Shown: piece by piece, positions 47,331 through 59,175 of the stretch
Numbering within the stretch: the first letter of the stretch is position 1
Layout: every line of letters begins with the position of its first letter
Assembly: GCA_010405405.1 (NCBI GenBank)
Contig: MU004234.1
Coordinates: 540,993-604,992 of the forward strand
Length of the DNA: 64,000 bases
Reading direction: 5' to 3'
Source: Microthyrium microscopicum
Lineage: Eukaryota
The notes under the pieces: generated by a model
Database searches by the model: none
What the model was told of the DNA's origin: nothing
What the model saw: the letters and a program-made list of their open reading frames with translations, nothing else
Program-made: the position numbers and the translations under genes

Positions 47331-47798
47331 TATTGGTCTAACCCATCGGTTCAACTTGACGATCTCCAGACTCAACGTTTGGAACTCACGATATTAGAAA
47401 AATAAATGAGCTATTGAACGATATAAGCATGCTTAACTTCGGCCATTTCAAATGTTCCCTACCAAGAGCACTTTAACAAACTGGCCGGCCTTTTGTTTCC
47501 GTTATGGCGGAGACATCGATACTTGCTGTGATAATAATGGCCTCGATATAGAATTCGACAGTTGAGATGAAGCGATATTCGGCATTTTTGTACACTTAAT
47601 TTTCTCAATGAATCTCCGGCTAAGGCTAAAACTGGAATGACTACGTATTGTTAAAGATATCCCATCGTTCAATTGCTCAAGGTGCACGATATGGCTTTGC
47701 ATGGGGCCAGTCTATTGGGTATGACCGTCGAATATAACATTCTCAATAGTATGACATTATTTTGGACTGATTCGAGAGTCTTGAAAAGTCATGTCCTT

Positions 47799-49877
47799 TT
47801 ATCCCAACCTCACGGTTTCGGTATGACATTTAGCAAGAAGTGCTTGCATATATGGGTGAATCCCTTCCTTAGAGAACGGTTCGGAGCGCCTTACTCTCTT
47901 GATGCGAAGAAGTCCAGTCCGCTCATAAGTCGGGCTAGTATTCGAGACATCATCCTCATCCGCTGAGCCGTGAGATCTGGTCAAAATAAGAATGTCGATT
48001 GCCCATTTGGTATGGCCAGAACTCTTGTCAAAGGACATCAAAAGTCCAAGACAAGGACCTATGACGGGAGCCATACAACTAAACTCAAAATCGGGTTTTA
48101 AGCTTGAAGCAAATGATTCAAATAAATCGTCGCAATCAGGACGCATGTTTACGTCAAAATATCTTGTGTGCTCCTCCGTAGTCTCCGCATGCTCTATGAT
48201 CTCCAGACTTTCAATATCAAAGACTGGTCCAGTAAGAATGAGACTTTCTGGAAACACTGTGGAGTTTAGATACATATTACTGAACGTGGCCTCATCAAAA
48301 TCTTTAGTGGTACTATTCCGTGTTCCATCGGTGTTGATGATGTGGGTGATTTTAGAAATGGCCCGCGGCTCGTCAAATATTTGGTCGCGGAATGAAAGGT
48401 GTCCTGTCATGCGAGCACATCTAGGTTTCCAGCCTAGCCAAGTCCAACTCGGGAAACTGGTTCTCCGAAGCAGCCGAAGTTCGACTGGTTCGCAGGGACT
48501 AGATATGTCATCAAAGGGCTCTGGGTGGTAGGCCCAAGTTAAACAGAACAACATTCGTTCCATGAATGAAGTGCCAAGTACATTGAAGCCAGCAAAACTA
48601 GTATGGAAAGGTATTGGAACGGCCCTTAGATTAGGGACGGCCCTTAGATTAGGGACGGGAAGACTTGCAGTCGCAAATTCGTTGAGTATACCGCGAAATG
48701 CGTTGTAAGCATCACTTTCGTAAGTCATATCGCGGTGAAAGTAGTCGGAGATTGCCGCCCAGAAATCGTTAATTAAACGGATATCTTCGCCCCTTACTCC
48801 GTTTTGAGGAAAAGCAGCTACGTTTCTGCAAAGTTGCTGCCGTAATCCTATGGTGGAGAAGCTTAGGTCTTCCTGTTCCTGTGCCTTTCTACAGTGGAAA
48901 ATGACAAGTCTCGGCGTAAAGACCAACTTCCGACGAGACAATATTCCTTCTTGATAAGTCCAAGCACGAGAAGCCCAAGTTGACTTCTTTATATCTAGGC
49001 CAACATCAAAGTGCACAAGAGCCATTGGCACAGTCGCAAGCATAAGATGAGATTGCGGTGATCTTGCAGTTGTAGAGACTCCAGGCAGTCCATGATCAGG
49101 CCCAGATCCAGCTGCTGCAATGATTGTCAAGACAGCATTTGCGAAAACTCGATCCATATTCTGAATGAGGCGATGTTTTGCAATGGCATCATCCTGGGGA
49201 ACGCAGTATCGATCAATCCAGAGATAGCGATATCCAAGCTCGAGAACTGTTTGTATAGAATCATCAACGGTGAGAGGAAGCATGAGAGGAAGGGTTTTGC
49301 CATCGCCTGGAACACATTTATCTTTGCCCCAAACGTAGCTTAAGGCAACGAAAGAATCGACAAGTCCGGGGGAGGAAACTATGGTACGCGTAGTACAGTC
49401 AATAACCCGGAAGCCTGGCAGTTCTCCGCAAAGAGGTCGTGAACAGGACTTATGCGTGGAGTCACAGGAATTGATCCAGGACTTTATCAATGGCCAGTCA
49501 CAATTCCCTTGAATCAGATTGGCGGTCGGTTGGTTGAAAGTACTGGTTATCGGTACGAGAGCTGATGAGCTCTCAATTCGAAGAACATGGCAGCTATTCT
49601 GGGCTTCATATCCGAAGCCGACGAGTAAAGTCTCTCTGTAGATTTCTGAATCGTTCAGTCTTGTCGAGTCTGGATGTCGTGCCTCCACCTCCACACAGAC
49701 TTTGCACACAGGACATCCTGCCGAGCCTGGAGACTTGAACTTATACCGCTCAGAAACATTCCATCGAAAGTTCCGAATCGGAACCGGGGACAAGACTGCC
49801 AACTTGCAGTTCTCGCATAGTAGCTGATCCTCTTCGCCTGCCTCAGACAGGCGTGCGGTACCTAGTTCGGTCGACAT
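47799..49877 (-). CDS. HET (heterokaryon incompatibility) domain protein
   Basis: FRVIDC, FVALSYVWG, YLWIDRYCVPQDD, LTIIAAAG, WASRAWTYQEGILSRRKLVF and FPSWTWLGW motifs; first ATG at 49877. Confidence 0.92.
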   Translation of the reverse strand: MSTELGTARLSEAGEEDQLLCENCKLAVLSPVPIRNFRWNVSERYKFKSPGSAGCPVCKVCVEVEARHPDSTRLNDSEIYRETLLVGFGYEAQNSCHVLRIESSSALVPITSTFNQPTANLIQGNCDWPLIKSWINSCDSTHKSCSRPLCGELPGFRVIDCTTRTIVSSPGLVDSFVALSYVWGKDKCVPGDGKTLPLMLPLTVDDSIQTVLELGYRYLWIDRYCVPQDDAIAKHRLIQNMDRVFANAVLTIIAAAGSGPDHGLPGVSTTARSPQSHLMLATVPMALVHFDVGLDIKKSTWASRAWTYQEGILSRRKLVFTPRLVIFHCRKAQEQEDLSFSTIGLRQQLCRNVAAFPQNGVRGEDIRLINDFWAAISDYFHRDMTYESDAYNAFRGILNEFATASLPVPNLRAVPNLRAVPIPFHTSFAGFNVLGTSFMERMLFCLTWAYHPEPFDDISSPCEPVELRLLRRTSFPSWTWLGWKPRCARMTGHLSFRDQIFDEPRAISKITHIINTDGTRNSTTKDFDEATFSNMYLNSTVFPESLILTGPVFDIESLEIIEHAETTEEHTRYFDVNMRPDCDDLFESFASSLKPDFEFSCMAPVIGPCLGLLMSFDKSSGHTKWAIDILILTRSHGSADEDDVSNTSPTYERTGLLRIKRVRRSEPFSKEGIHPYMQALLAKCHTETVRLG
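48619..48658. repeat. Perfect 18-bp in-frame tandem duplication inside the HET gene
   Basis: acggcccttagattaggg x2 plus acgg; encodes VPNLRAVPNLRAV. Confidence 0.9.
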
Positions 49878-50812
49878 TGGTTTCACCTAGAGGTCAAGAC
49901 CAGTACTGAAGCTGGCTCGGCTGGGATAATTGTCATGAGTTATCCGTAATGTTGGAGAATTTGAGCAGTGGGCTCAATGATGCAGATCGGGCGAGTTGTT
50001 CATTTCGAAAGCAGCAAATCCAACCGATACCAAACCGGTCACCATCAAGTACCAAACAAGCTTCCACACGCGAAATTCAAATGCCGATCTTTCAGTCTCG
50101 GTACCGTAGGCTTCCCAGAAATCTGCCTCTTAACACAAGATAAAGTAGCCTTGCGTGGCCAATGAACTCACCGGTCTCACTACCCCACCGCGAGCTCCAG
50201 GCTTCCAAAAGTGATTGGGCACCAAACACACCACATGCGTGGCAACACGCCGGAGTGGCAGCGGACAGACCCGTCGCTAGCATTGCAAGACGTGGCAAGT
50301 CAAAGCAGCAGACAACGAATAGTAGCAAAAAAGGGTAGTGATTGGAGCGATGTGTAGTTCACGGGAAATGAAGTAGAGATCACTGGACAATCGTTTGATG
50401 TAGGCACGACGAAAATGGTAGAGAAACAGAGAAAATGGTTGGTTGGTTGGGAAAGTATTCGATTTATTTCGATATGCTATGTACTAATCTATAAAATACA
50501 AACTGTATGATTCTGCTTACAGAATTCAAGTGATTCTATAACGCGCGCATAAGAGCGTTCGCATATAGGTATGGGCGATGCCATTGCCTGGTATCCTGAA
50601 ATCCTCCATGGATCCGATCTCGATGCAATTTGCAGAGAATAATTCGGAAAACTCTATTACTAGTTTTGGGGTGTTGGGGAAGGTAGGCGGCGCGAGAGGC
50701 GCGGAGCGTGGTGCTGGAAGGGCGCTGGTGATGGTGGGTATCCATCGATGCGTTTGTTTTGGTTTGATTTGTATGACATGAAATGTATATTTCGTGCAGA
50801 AGATAGTATGGT

Positions 50813-51532
50813 TCAGCGTACTGAGCGAGTGCGTGAGTAGAATGGTCGGCGGTCTTCCGTATCGTATTGGCAGAGTCGCTCGCGCATGTCTGCTTCTCGT
50901 TGTGTACGCTCGTCAAAATCCTGTAAGGAGCCGCGGCTCGAGCGTTCTGGAGCTTGACGTGGTCGCCGCGATATAGACTTGCGGCGCGTTGGTGATGAAG
51001 GCTCATATGTTTGTGTGTTGTATGCTGGAGAGACTGATCGTGAAGGTGATCGGGAAGGTGGCTGAGGAACCTTTGGTTCTTTGACTTCACCGCGTGGAGC
51101 CAGGCGTGGTCCAACAGGATAATGTCTGTCGAAGCTGGCACGCTTTTCGATAAGACCACGACCAGAGCGACGGAAAGCTCTCAGTAGACTGATTACGTTG
51201 TCATAGTCTGGTGGGATCTCGATGCGAATTGATTGGCCTTCGCGTGGTGATATGCAGTGGACTTCTCCGTCCACGCGTAGTTTGAATAGTAAGTCGGCAA
51301 CGTCTGCTGCCTTTTCGAAGCCTTCGGGGCAAAGTTCGAAACCTTGCTTTTGAACTTCATCTGGGTTCTGGCAGTCGGGGCATTTGGCGGCGTGCTCTTC
51401 GAAGTAGTAGATGGTCCAGTGTTCTTTGCGACCAAGTGGACGAGATACTCCAGTAACCAAAGTTGGAGCAAAGCCAACTTTGATAGGCGAAGAAAGTCCA
51501 GCCGACGAGCTGGAATTGCGACGACCAGGCAT
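50813..51532 (-). CDS. Uncharacterised fungal protein with H-x3-C-x2-C...C putative metal-binding cluster and Arg/Ser-rich tail
   Basis: ATG at 51532 (MPGRRNS); FEEHAAKCPDC...LCPEG...RIEIPPDY...LL; intronless ORF with protein-like composition. Confidence 0.72.
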   Translation of the reverse strand: MPGRRNSSSSAGLSSPIKVGFAPTLVTGVSRPLGRKEHWTIYYFEEHAAKCPDCQNPDEVQKQGFELCPEGFEKAADVADLLFKLRVDGEVHCISPREGQSIRIEIPPDYDNVISLLRAFRRSGRGLIEKRASFDRHYPVGPRLAPRGEVKEPKVPQPPSRSPSRSVSPAYNTQTYEPSSPTRRKSISRRPRQAPERSSRGSLQDFDERTQREADMRERLCQYDTEDRRPFYSRTRSVR

Positions 51533-54512
51533 TTTTGCTGTTCGAAAGTTTGCGACGTATATGGTGGTGTATGAGGCCGGCGATATTGGTGGGGACGCCG
51601 ATCTATTTAGGGAAGGCTGAGGGCAAGGCTGAATGTATGACCAGATCAAGTTGTATGCGCAATGAACAGTCGTAATGTTCAACACAAGTATTGACTTGGA
51701 AGTGTTGAAGAGGATGTAGTTGTTGAGTGTGTATGATAAAGAGAAAGTAACAATTTGGGAGGGAGGGTAGGCGAGATATAAGGTGTGAAGAGTAGGCGAA
51801 GAATGAATCCAACAGAGTGGACCGGGGGCAGTCAAGTTGGTGTGGCAGAGGGAGGCTTTGACAGGCCTCTTGGGACAGGCAAACAAGTCTAGCGCAGCTG
51901 GTGCCTGTTTCTGAAGCAGAACTGGTGTGTGAGAACCGCCTGTTACCTGTTACTTGGCCTCCCAAAGTCCCTTGAGATCCATCGAGGTCTGGTGGAGGCA
52001 CTGCTGACTGCTTGCCAGAAGTCTAGTGCGACTGGCGTCTAAACTCTATCGACTTTTTGTCTTGAGAGAGGTCACCGCCCCTGCACCTCTGACAGGCCTT
52101 TTCGCCGGTGTTGAATGACGAACTCATTTGCGCATCCATAACGACCTTCACCGCGGCCTTGTACATGGAGTTTGCTTGGTGATCGCTCTGGGCGCGCGCC
52201 CTTACTGCTCATCATTGCTGCCGAGTCCCGTAGCTTTCACCTTGATATCCGACTGATATTGTGGAGGCAGTGAATCATCAATGCCTACAGTACCGTACTG
52301 TAGCCCCGGTCGTCGTGAATTGCTCCTTGGACATTTCTGGAAATATCCTAGAATGCAGAGATGACTGGTGGGTGGCCTGAAGTGGCGTCTTGCTCAACCG
52401 AGGAGTTTTCGCAGTCTGCTTGTCTGTAATCGCGCCCTTCAAAGGCACCACTAACCGTTGCTGCTCTAACAGCTCTGGACCTGTGTGTCACTTCATTTGG
52501 GCGCGAGATGCAGCTGCAGTCGTGACTGGACCGCCGTCATTCAATGCTCTCCGCGAGCCCTGAAGCGTGGTTGAGACTTTGAATTGCATCTCGTATCTAA
52601 CCCCTTTTTGACCTGCCAAGTCTCAACCACGAACTGCACCGCCTCACCCTCAATCCTTCTGTTCAGGCTGTGCCTTGCTTCCCGCTCCCAGTCGGACACC
52701 ATTGAGTAGACCAGGAAATTAATTGAACTGCGGCCATGCCTCAATTGTTTCCGATTGCTGTGTAGCGCTTACTGCAACCCGCGCTCTCAGGGGCGATGTA
52801 GTCCCGCAGGAACCAAGCTCAACCCTCGCGCGCCCTGTCCTATCACCAACAATCGCGGCGAGGATTCATTCATGCAGATGCGACTCACCTCGCGATTGTT
52901 GGTGGATGAACCGACTAACAATTCCAATCAAGCAAAACGCACCTGCGTCCAACATGCCGCGTCTGCTGGAACTTTCGCGTGAACAAGAACGCGTAACGCA
53001 GACAACACCCCCTTTCATCCCTTGAAGATTATTTTTGGATACAATGTTTGATAGCAAACGTCCAGACCGTACTCCACCAACAGAGACCAACTTCCACCAG
53101 ATTCGAGGACGTTCGTCATGTAACCAAGGGTCGAGTCTTGGAAGCTGAGTACCTCATCCCTCGAACAGCTTCTGCGCGCTTCTTTTCGTACGCCCTGCGG
53201 GACGGCTAGCTGCCTCTGCATCGTGATCATGCAAAGCGCCTGAGACACAGTCTATCAAACCCCCAACCAGTGTCCATCTTCTTGATTCCCTGGGTTGAGT
53301 TTCTGGCGCACCTTGATTGTTCTTCCCAAAGGGTGCGAGTACTTTCGATACCGAGTGCCGGTCGTAAAGACAACTCTAGTTTGACCGAGTCCCTCGCTCG
53401 CTACAAGTTCTCTCTTCTTCACCGGGAACCAAAGCAAATAACCTTTTGGCCGGAGATGATCATGCGAAGATCTTAAGGTTACAACCTTATCGCTGCCATT
53501 GCGCACTGCGCATTCCACAGGTGAGTATATCCGAGTTGCAAATGTCAAATCAAATCTCCTTGCATTCCATCCTCAGACAAGCATCATGGTCCCTCGCTTC
53601 CCGGGCCGAACGAATACCAGCAGGGAATCAGCACCCTCCCGACCAATCTATACACACCTTTAAGCTTCAACATTGGACCAAGACCCATGTAACTCATCAT
53701 CCAGCATAGTCACACGGACCAACCAGCCTATAAATTAGGTTTGGGATAACTTCCGCCCAAGCCTAACCTCCAAGATGGCAGTACCAGGACTTGATTGTAC
53801 AAAGCCTATTTCTCAAGGCAACTGACTTAAAGGATCATCGGATATAGTATCCAAAATCAGTATATCGCAGTTGCCTGCTAGTTCATGCGCCACGGAACAA
53901 GTAATCATAGCCATAGTCGCCATGACTGAGAGGTATAATGACTGCAAACGTCGTTGTGTAACTTCTGTTCTAGGCAGTTAAATTATGACTACACAAACCT
54001 CTACCGCGAAGGTGGGATTTACTAGTATCTCTCGAACCTGCAGAATTACAGGCTGCAGCTTAGGGTGGGTTCAGCTGAGATGGTTTGCTGCATGAACCTA
54101 GTTGATATGCGGCGGGCCGAGTGCATCTTGTCTGCCTTGACTCACCTGGGGGCCAATATTGTTGTGACTGGATGGTGGGGCAATGGGACTTTTGGAAAGT
54201 CATTGGGATAGGAGAATTGTTCATTGTCGATTGATGGAGCATTGTGTGGGTATTTTTGTGAGGTTGATGGATTGAAAATTTTGGCTGTGATTTGGCTGGA
54301 AGGGGGTCAGCAAAGAATGCTTTTGGTGGACTGGCTCTTTTGATCTTATTGTCTGCATACTTCATGAACGAACAAGTCAGTCTGCATCTCCTGCACAGGC
54401 GCGTTGGTGAAATTCATCGAGGTAGCAGAGGAGCGCGCTGGTCATTTGAAAAGATGATCAACTTCTGCATTGCCCAACTCCTCGAACTCCTTACAGAATA
54501 ATACGAAGCCTA

Positions 54513-55789
54513 CTACACATCGCTAACCGCCGAAGTAGTTGGAAATCTCATGAGTCCACCAGATACATACGGACTATCAATATCAATATCAATATCAGCA
54601 CTCTCCTCGCTATCCCTCTGCTCCTCTCTCGCCATCTTTGCCCGCTCCGGATGCTCGATCTCTTCCGTGACAGTCGTCGTCACCACATGATCCGTTTTCG
54701 ACGTCGTGGTATGCTGAATTGTATCACCCATCTTCTCCTTCTCCTTCTCACTGAGTAGGAGTGTCCCGCCCACCACACTTAGCTTACGCATAGCCGTGAC
54801 CGTCGTCGCGAAGCAGCGTGCAAAGAGCGGACGCAGCGTGGCCAGCGAGGCAACGACGATGCCAACGCCAGGTTCGATGGTCGACCAGATGGCCAGGTAT
54901 TTTGTGTTGATGAAAAAGTCCTCCTGTGGATGCATAACAGACTTGACGTAGAATATCCGCACGAGGGAGGCCACGCTGCCACTGAGAAATACTAATGTCA
55001 ACTCTGTACTAGAAATTGAGGATGAGTACTTACATTGCCGCAAGGGATATCAGACCGACGGAAGCCCACTTGACGCGCAAAGGTAAGGTAGACTTGTTGA
55101 TGAAGATGATAGGTACCAGAGAGCAAATCCAATCCGTAACACTGTTGAGAATAGCGTGCGTATAGTTCATGAAAAGAGCTGCCTTGCCATTAGAGCATTT
55201 GCCTGCCATCATAAGGACGAGGACCTTAATGATGTTGGTAGCGCGACATTGGAAGATGACGAAGAAGAAATAGGCCATGGAAAATCCAATATAAGTAACG
55301 AGGACAGTGTAAATGATGGCACGTTGCCAGGCTTCCACGACGAGTTTCAGGAAGAATAGCGCCAGAGCGAGTTTGAGAAAGATCATGGTCATTATATAAA
55401 GACACTCGCTAACGCGAATGAGCTAGGTTACTCGTCAGTTCTAATTAGTTGTAGGTGGTGAAGCAGACTTACGTGAACTACTCTCTTCATGTCGGAAAGT
55501 GTTTCGACCATTTGTAATGCCCACGCATGACCGGCGATATCGTAGATGGCTACAAGGACAGCACAGTAGCAAGTAAAGAGCCCCTATCATGTCAATAAGT
55601 CCTGAATGAACCTTTTCAGAAGCTAGAGATAATAGCTACCAATGTCGCGATCATCACTCCATCATCAAGGGTGAACTGTTTGATTCGGAGTCTCGTGTAG
55701 CAACGAGCACACACGGCGATCCATGTCAAGATGATAAAGACAATCGACGTGTGCTGCAAAGCAGCAGTATCAAATGTCTGGTGGGGCAT
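54513..55789 (-). CDS. PTH11-like (fungal rhodopsin-domain) 7-TM membrane protein without CFEM, 4 exons
   Basis: ARCYTR...LDD, FLKLALALFFLK, IFQC, SVTDW..SLVPI, ASLVRI and WSTIEPGVGIVVASLATLRPLF motifs; GT-AG introns between ORF pieces. Confidence 0.88.
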
Positions 55790-56566
55790 CGGAGGAAGAG
55801 AATTTTCTCTTCATGTCTAATTACATCAAGAACATGCGTCCGCGCGACTCGGCATTTTCTTGGATCTAGGGGAGGGATTGTTTGTATTTCATACTTTTCT
55901 GTGCTGCCAAATTTCGAACATGATCAGCTTCGATATTGCTGTGACTGTAGCTACTCCATTCATTCGACAAGTATAATGTATACTGAGGAACGCTATTGCT
56001 CGAAATGGCTGTATGAATGAGCTCAATTGTGGCATTGCTGGGGAGATCGAGATAAGTCTTTGGAAATCGCTGGCTCGAATGTCCAGCTCCTCATTTTAGC
56101 CCTGTGGCGATTTGGTTAACGTTACTCAATCATACCATGTGCTCGCACTATTTGGAAGGTTGGATATGCTTCTCCTGCAATGTGAAGCACTGTCAAAGCA
56201 CAAACAGCTGGTGTCATACCAACAGGAAGCAATCAGCGTTTGTTGAACTTTATCTCCCAAAGCGTGATAAATTCTCTTGTTGGATTTATTACGACGTTGG
56301 GTATAGAGGCTGTCAAGGATGGTGAGCTGGATGATAGTCGGCGATGTTGTTCTTGCTAGCAGTACCGCGTTTTGCCAATGTCTAGTCTGGAATACGTTTA
56401 GCGTAAGGGGAAATGTGCAATCCTTAAAGCCCGGTGGCGAGGTTTCCAAAAGTTTAAGATGACTTGACTTGTTTTCACTGACATTTGATACCAATGTGGA
56501 TATACGTCATTTCATATTCGGGGGTATCATGTGAAGAATATACAACAGCTTCGCCTCAATGCCATC

Positions 56567-58783
56567 TCACATTCCTCGAAAGACATTTCCACTTGCACTT
56601 CTTCGATCTTTCTTGCTCTTAGATGTTGTCGGATTGCTCTCTGCAGATTCTTGGTGCTGTTGCTGCTTTTCACTTTGCCTTGGAGTGAAGGATATCTGTC
56701 GTTCACCAACCACAGTCTTGTTGACCACCTTGGACGGGCGAGACTTGTCCGAATGTTTTGATAATCTAGAGCCAAAGGATTGGTTCTTCAAGTTGTTAAC
56801 TGGCCGAGCTCCAGTTTTTGATATTCTCATGGCGGGCGTGGATATGCTCTTTTCGAAAGGTTTTTGAGCCGCGCCCGTCTTGTTGTAATGACTCTTTAGT
56901 TCGGCTTCAGACGATCCATCCGAATCACCCTCGGAGTCGCCTTCATCTTCAGAGTCTGACGCGCCATTCATCTTATCGATCATCTCTTCATCCACAGCGG
57001 TCAAGCCTTTGGGCAAATTGGCCGGAGCATCGACCTTTGTGCTTGGATTCCGCATGAAGAACTCCTTTGAGTTTTCATCAATCTCAAAAGCCTCGTCCTG
57101 GAACAAAGCAGCAAAACGAGGATCTGTGAGAAGATTTTTCCGTGGTTTCTTCTCTTCCGTTTGTTCTGGTTGTGTGGGCTCTTCAACGTCCACTTCCATA
57201 TCGTCCTCTTCATCTCCACCCTTGGCAAGCACTCGTTGTGCTTTCTTGCGATCGTGCTTCTCTTCTCTGTCCAAAATACGCTCGGCAAGCTTCCGATTAA
57301 GCTTGACTTGAGACTTCTTGCGACCTCTGATACGACTTTCGCGTTCCTTTTCAATCTTGGCTTTAACACTTTTTGATCGCTGCTCCTCCCACAGATTCGG
57401 ATTCGATATCATACTAGCTTCTTCATATAGTTTCTGCGAAACAAAGAATCCGTGCATATATGGACGTAGCAGGCTTGTACGTCCTACAAGATGATCGATG
57501 TTAAGTTGTTGAAGTTGAGGGGTCGTGAGGAATTTATAATTGTCGTAGATCTCTCCGCCGCCCCGTACTCCGTAAGCGTTTGGATCATTAGCATCTTCGG
57601 CCATTTCCTCAACAATATTGTCCAGGAATGAGCACCATTTGGGGGCCGGACCGAGTTGAGGGATGAAAAACGCATGCTGTTGACGACCTTCATTGGCTGT
57701 AAGTAGCATACCAGTGTCAGGGCACCACTCGACATGGTTTAAGTCGACAGCGGGTTCTACTGAAGTCCAGTTCTCGCTAGTCTCACGATCCCAGATCTTG
57801 ATCATGTGTCTGTCAGCAGACAAGATCTTGTTCTCCACAGTGCGCGCTCGACTTTTACTTGACGACTCGAGGAATATGAGGTTTCTGATTGGGAAACCAT
57901 ATCCTTGGTCCTTTTTGCGTAACGGTATTGGAGATCGCAGGTCGTAAAGATATGTCATTCCAGAGGAATCGCCAGCAGCAAATATGAGTCCGTTTTGTTG
58001 GAACTGTAATGCAGTGACTTGGGGTGTAGAGTTGTCGGCGATGGAAGACGGCACTGCGAGTATGCCAGGCCGGCTGTTTGAACGAGAATCCCAGAATTCA
58101 ACTGTGCCGATAGAAGTTCCAAAGGCCATGAGATTATGCGAATGCTCGGCAACAGCGGCACAATTTACAGCTCCAGTATTTATGCCGCCTTGCAAAGCTC
58201 CTCCTCCAGGTGTAAGCATATCATCTCCTCCAACATCAATCTCGTATGGTTTCATGAATCTTCCCAGCTCTAGATTTAGCCGATACACTTCTCCATTGCC
58301 ATTCTCATTGACACCAACAGCCGGCACAAGAGTCTCCGCATCTCGCCGATTGTACACAATGTCGCGGCCATAGCGCGGTATACGTAGTTTGTGGTGGCAT
58401 CCACCAGGTGTATGGAATTCGATATAACGATCGGTTTGGAGATGTATTGACTTGGAGTAGTCCTGCGAGAGAAGGACGAATTTGAGGTTGAGAGCATCGG
58501 TATGGCGCGCATAGGAGAGGGCGAGATTGGGGAGGTAGTGAGCGCGGATCTGAGGCTTGTATGTGCCAGTGCTTAGGACCCAGTTGCCATCTTCGCTTAC
58601 TCGGACACAACTACTTGCTCCGGGAAACTCGAAATCTTGGAGGAGCTCGACTCGATTAGCAAACTCTGGATCGCTTTTCAAACTGCGTTTGCGTTTCCGT
58701 ATAAGCCAGTCGGGGAGCTCGCGGGAGGTAGAAGAGCCTGATATGGTGTAGACTGGCACACCGGTATGCGTTGTGACATTCAT
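56567..58783 (-). CDS. ENP2: Ribosome biogenesis WD40 protein Enp2 / NOL10
   Basis: RVELLQDFEFP, TGTYKPQ, FIPQLGPAPKWCSFLDN, YDNYKFLT, LRPYMHGFF and DPRFAALF (NUC153-like) motifs. Confidence 0.95.
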   Translation of the reverse strand: MNVTTHTGVPVYTISGSSTSRELPDWLIRKRKRSLKSDPEFANRVELLQDFEFPGASSCVRVSEDGNWVLSTGTYKPQIRAHYLPNLALSYARHTDALNLKFVLLSQDYSKSIHLQTDRYIEFHTPGGCHHKLRIPRYGRDIVYNRRDAETLVPAVGVNENGNGEVYRLNLELGRFMKPYEIDVGGDDMLTPGGGALQGGINTGAVNCAAVAEHSHNLMAFGTSIGTVEFWDSRSNSRPGILAVPSSIADNSTPQVTALQFQQNGLIFAAGDSSGMTYLYDLRSPIPLRKKDQGYGFPIRNLIFLESSSKSRARTVENKILSADRHMIKIWDRETSENWTSVEPAVDLNHVEWCPDTGMLLTANEGRQQHAFFIPQLGPAPKWCSFLDNIVEEMAEDANDPNAYGVRGGGEIYDNYKFLTTPQLQQLNIDHLVGRTSLLRPYMHGFFVSQKLYEEASMISNPNLWEEQRSKSVKAKIEKERESRIRGRKKSQVKLNRKLAERILDREEKHDRKKAQRVLAKGGDEEDDMEVDVEEPTQPEQTEEKKPRKNLLTDPRFAALFQDEAFEIDENSKEFFMRNPSTKVDAPANLPKGLTAVDEEMIDKMNGASDSEDEGDSEGDSDGSSEAELKSHYNKTGAAQKPFEKSISTPAMRISKTGARPVNNLKNQSFGSRLSKHSDKSRPSKVVNKTVVGERQISFTPRQSEKQQQHQESAESNPTTSKSKKDRRSASGNVFRGM

Positions 58784-59175
58784 TTTTGCGACAACTAACA
58801 CCGGGTGGCAGTAGAAAAAGTTGAAGATATTTTTTTTGGAGTCGCAAAAATGACAGGCGGGGATGTGACACTAGTGCTTAGCTCGACATGGGTACCCTGG
58901 CAAAGAAGTCTTGGCATAGATCTGAAGTCTCCAAGCTTTCGTCTCTCAATTCTAAAGGCGAGCTTTTGACATCGTGCATCGGATGCGCTTCCGGCCAGCC
59001 TACTCGCCTCTTCTACACTCTCTATATACAACGCATACCATTCTGCCTATCCGGGGCTTGCGCAACCATTTCGGGCGTTTATGGGGCTGTCAATATGGTC
59101 ACTTCTTCTCGACGCGCGCTTCTACCATCTTAATGTCCCTTGACATTCGCCCGCTTGAAGCTTAGGCCAGCCGAT

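Noticed and set aside
48631..48654. TTAGGG hexamers as an interstitial telomere
   Set aside because: Only two non-adjacent copies, explained by the 18-bp coding duplication.
51533..54500. ORF-track upstream extension of ORF 50813..51886 and scattered short ORFs
   Set aside because: Non-ATG starts and UTR-like composition; treated as a long regulatory intergenic region.
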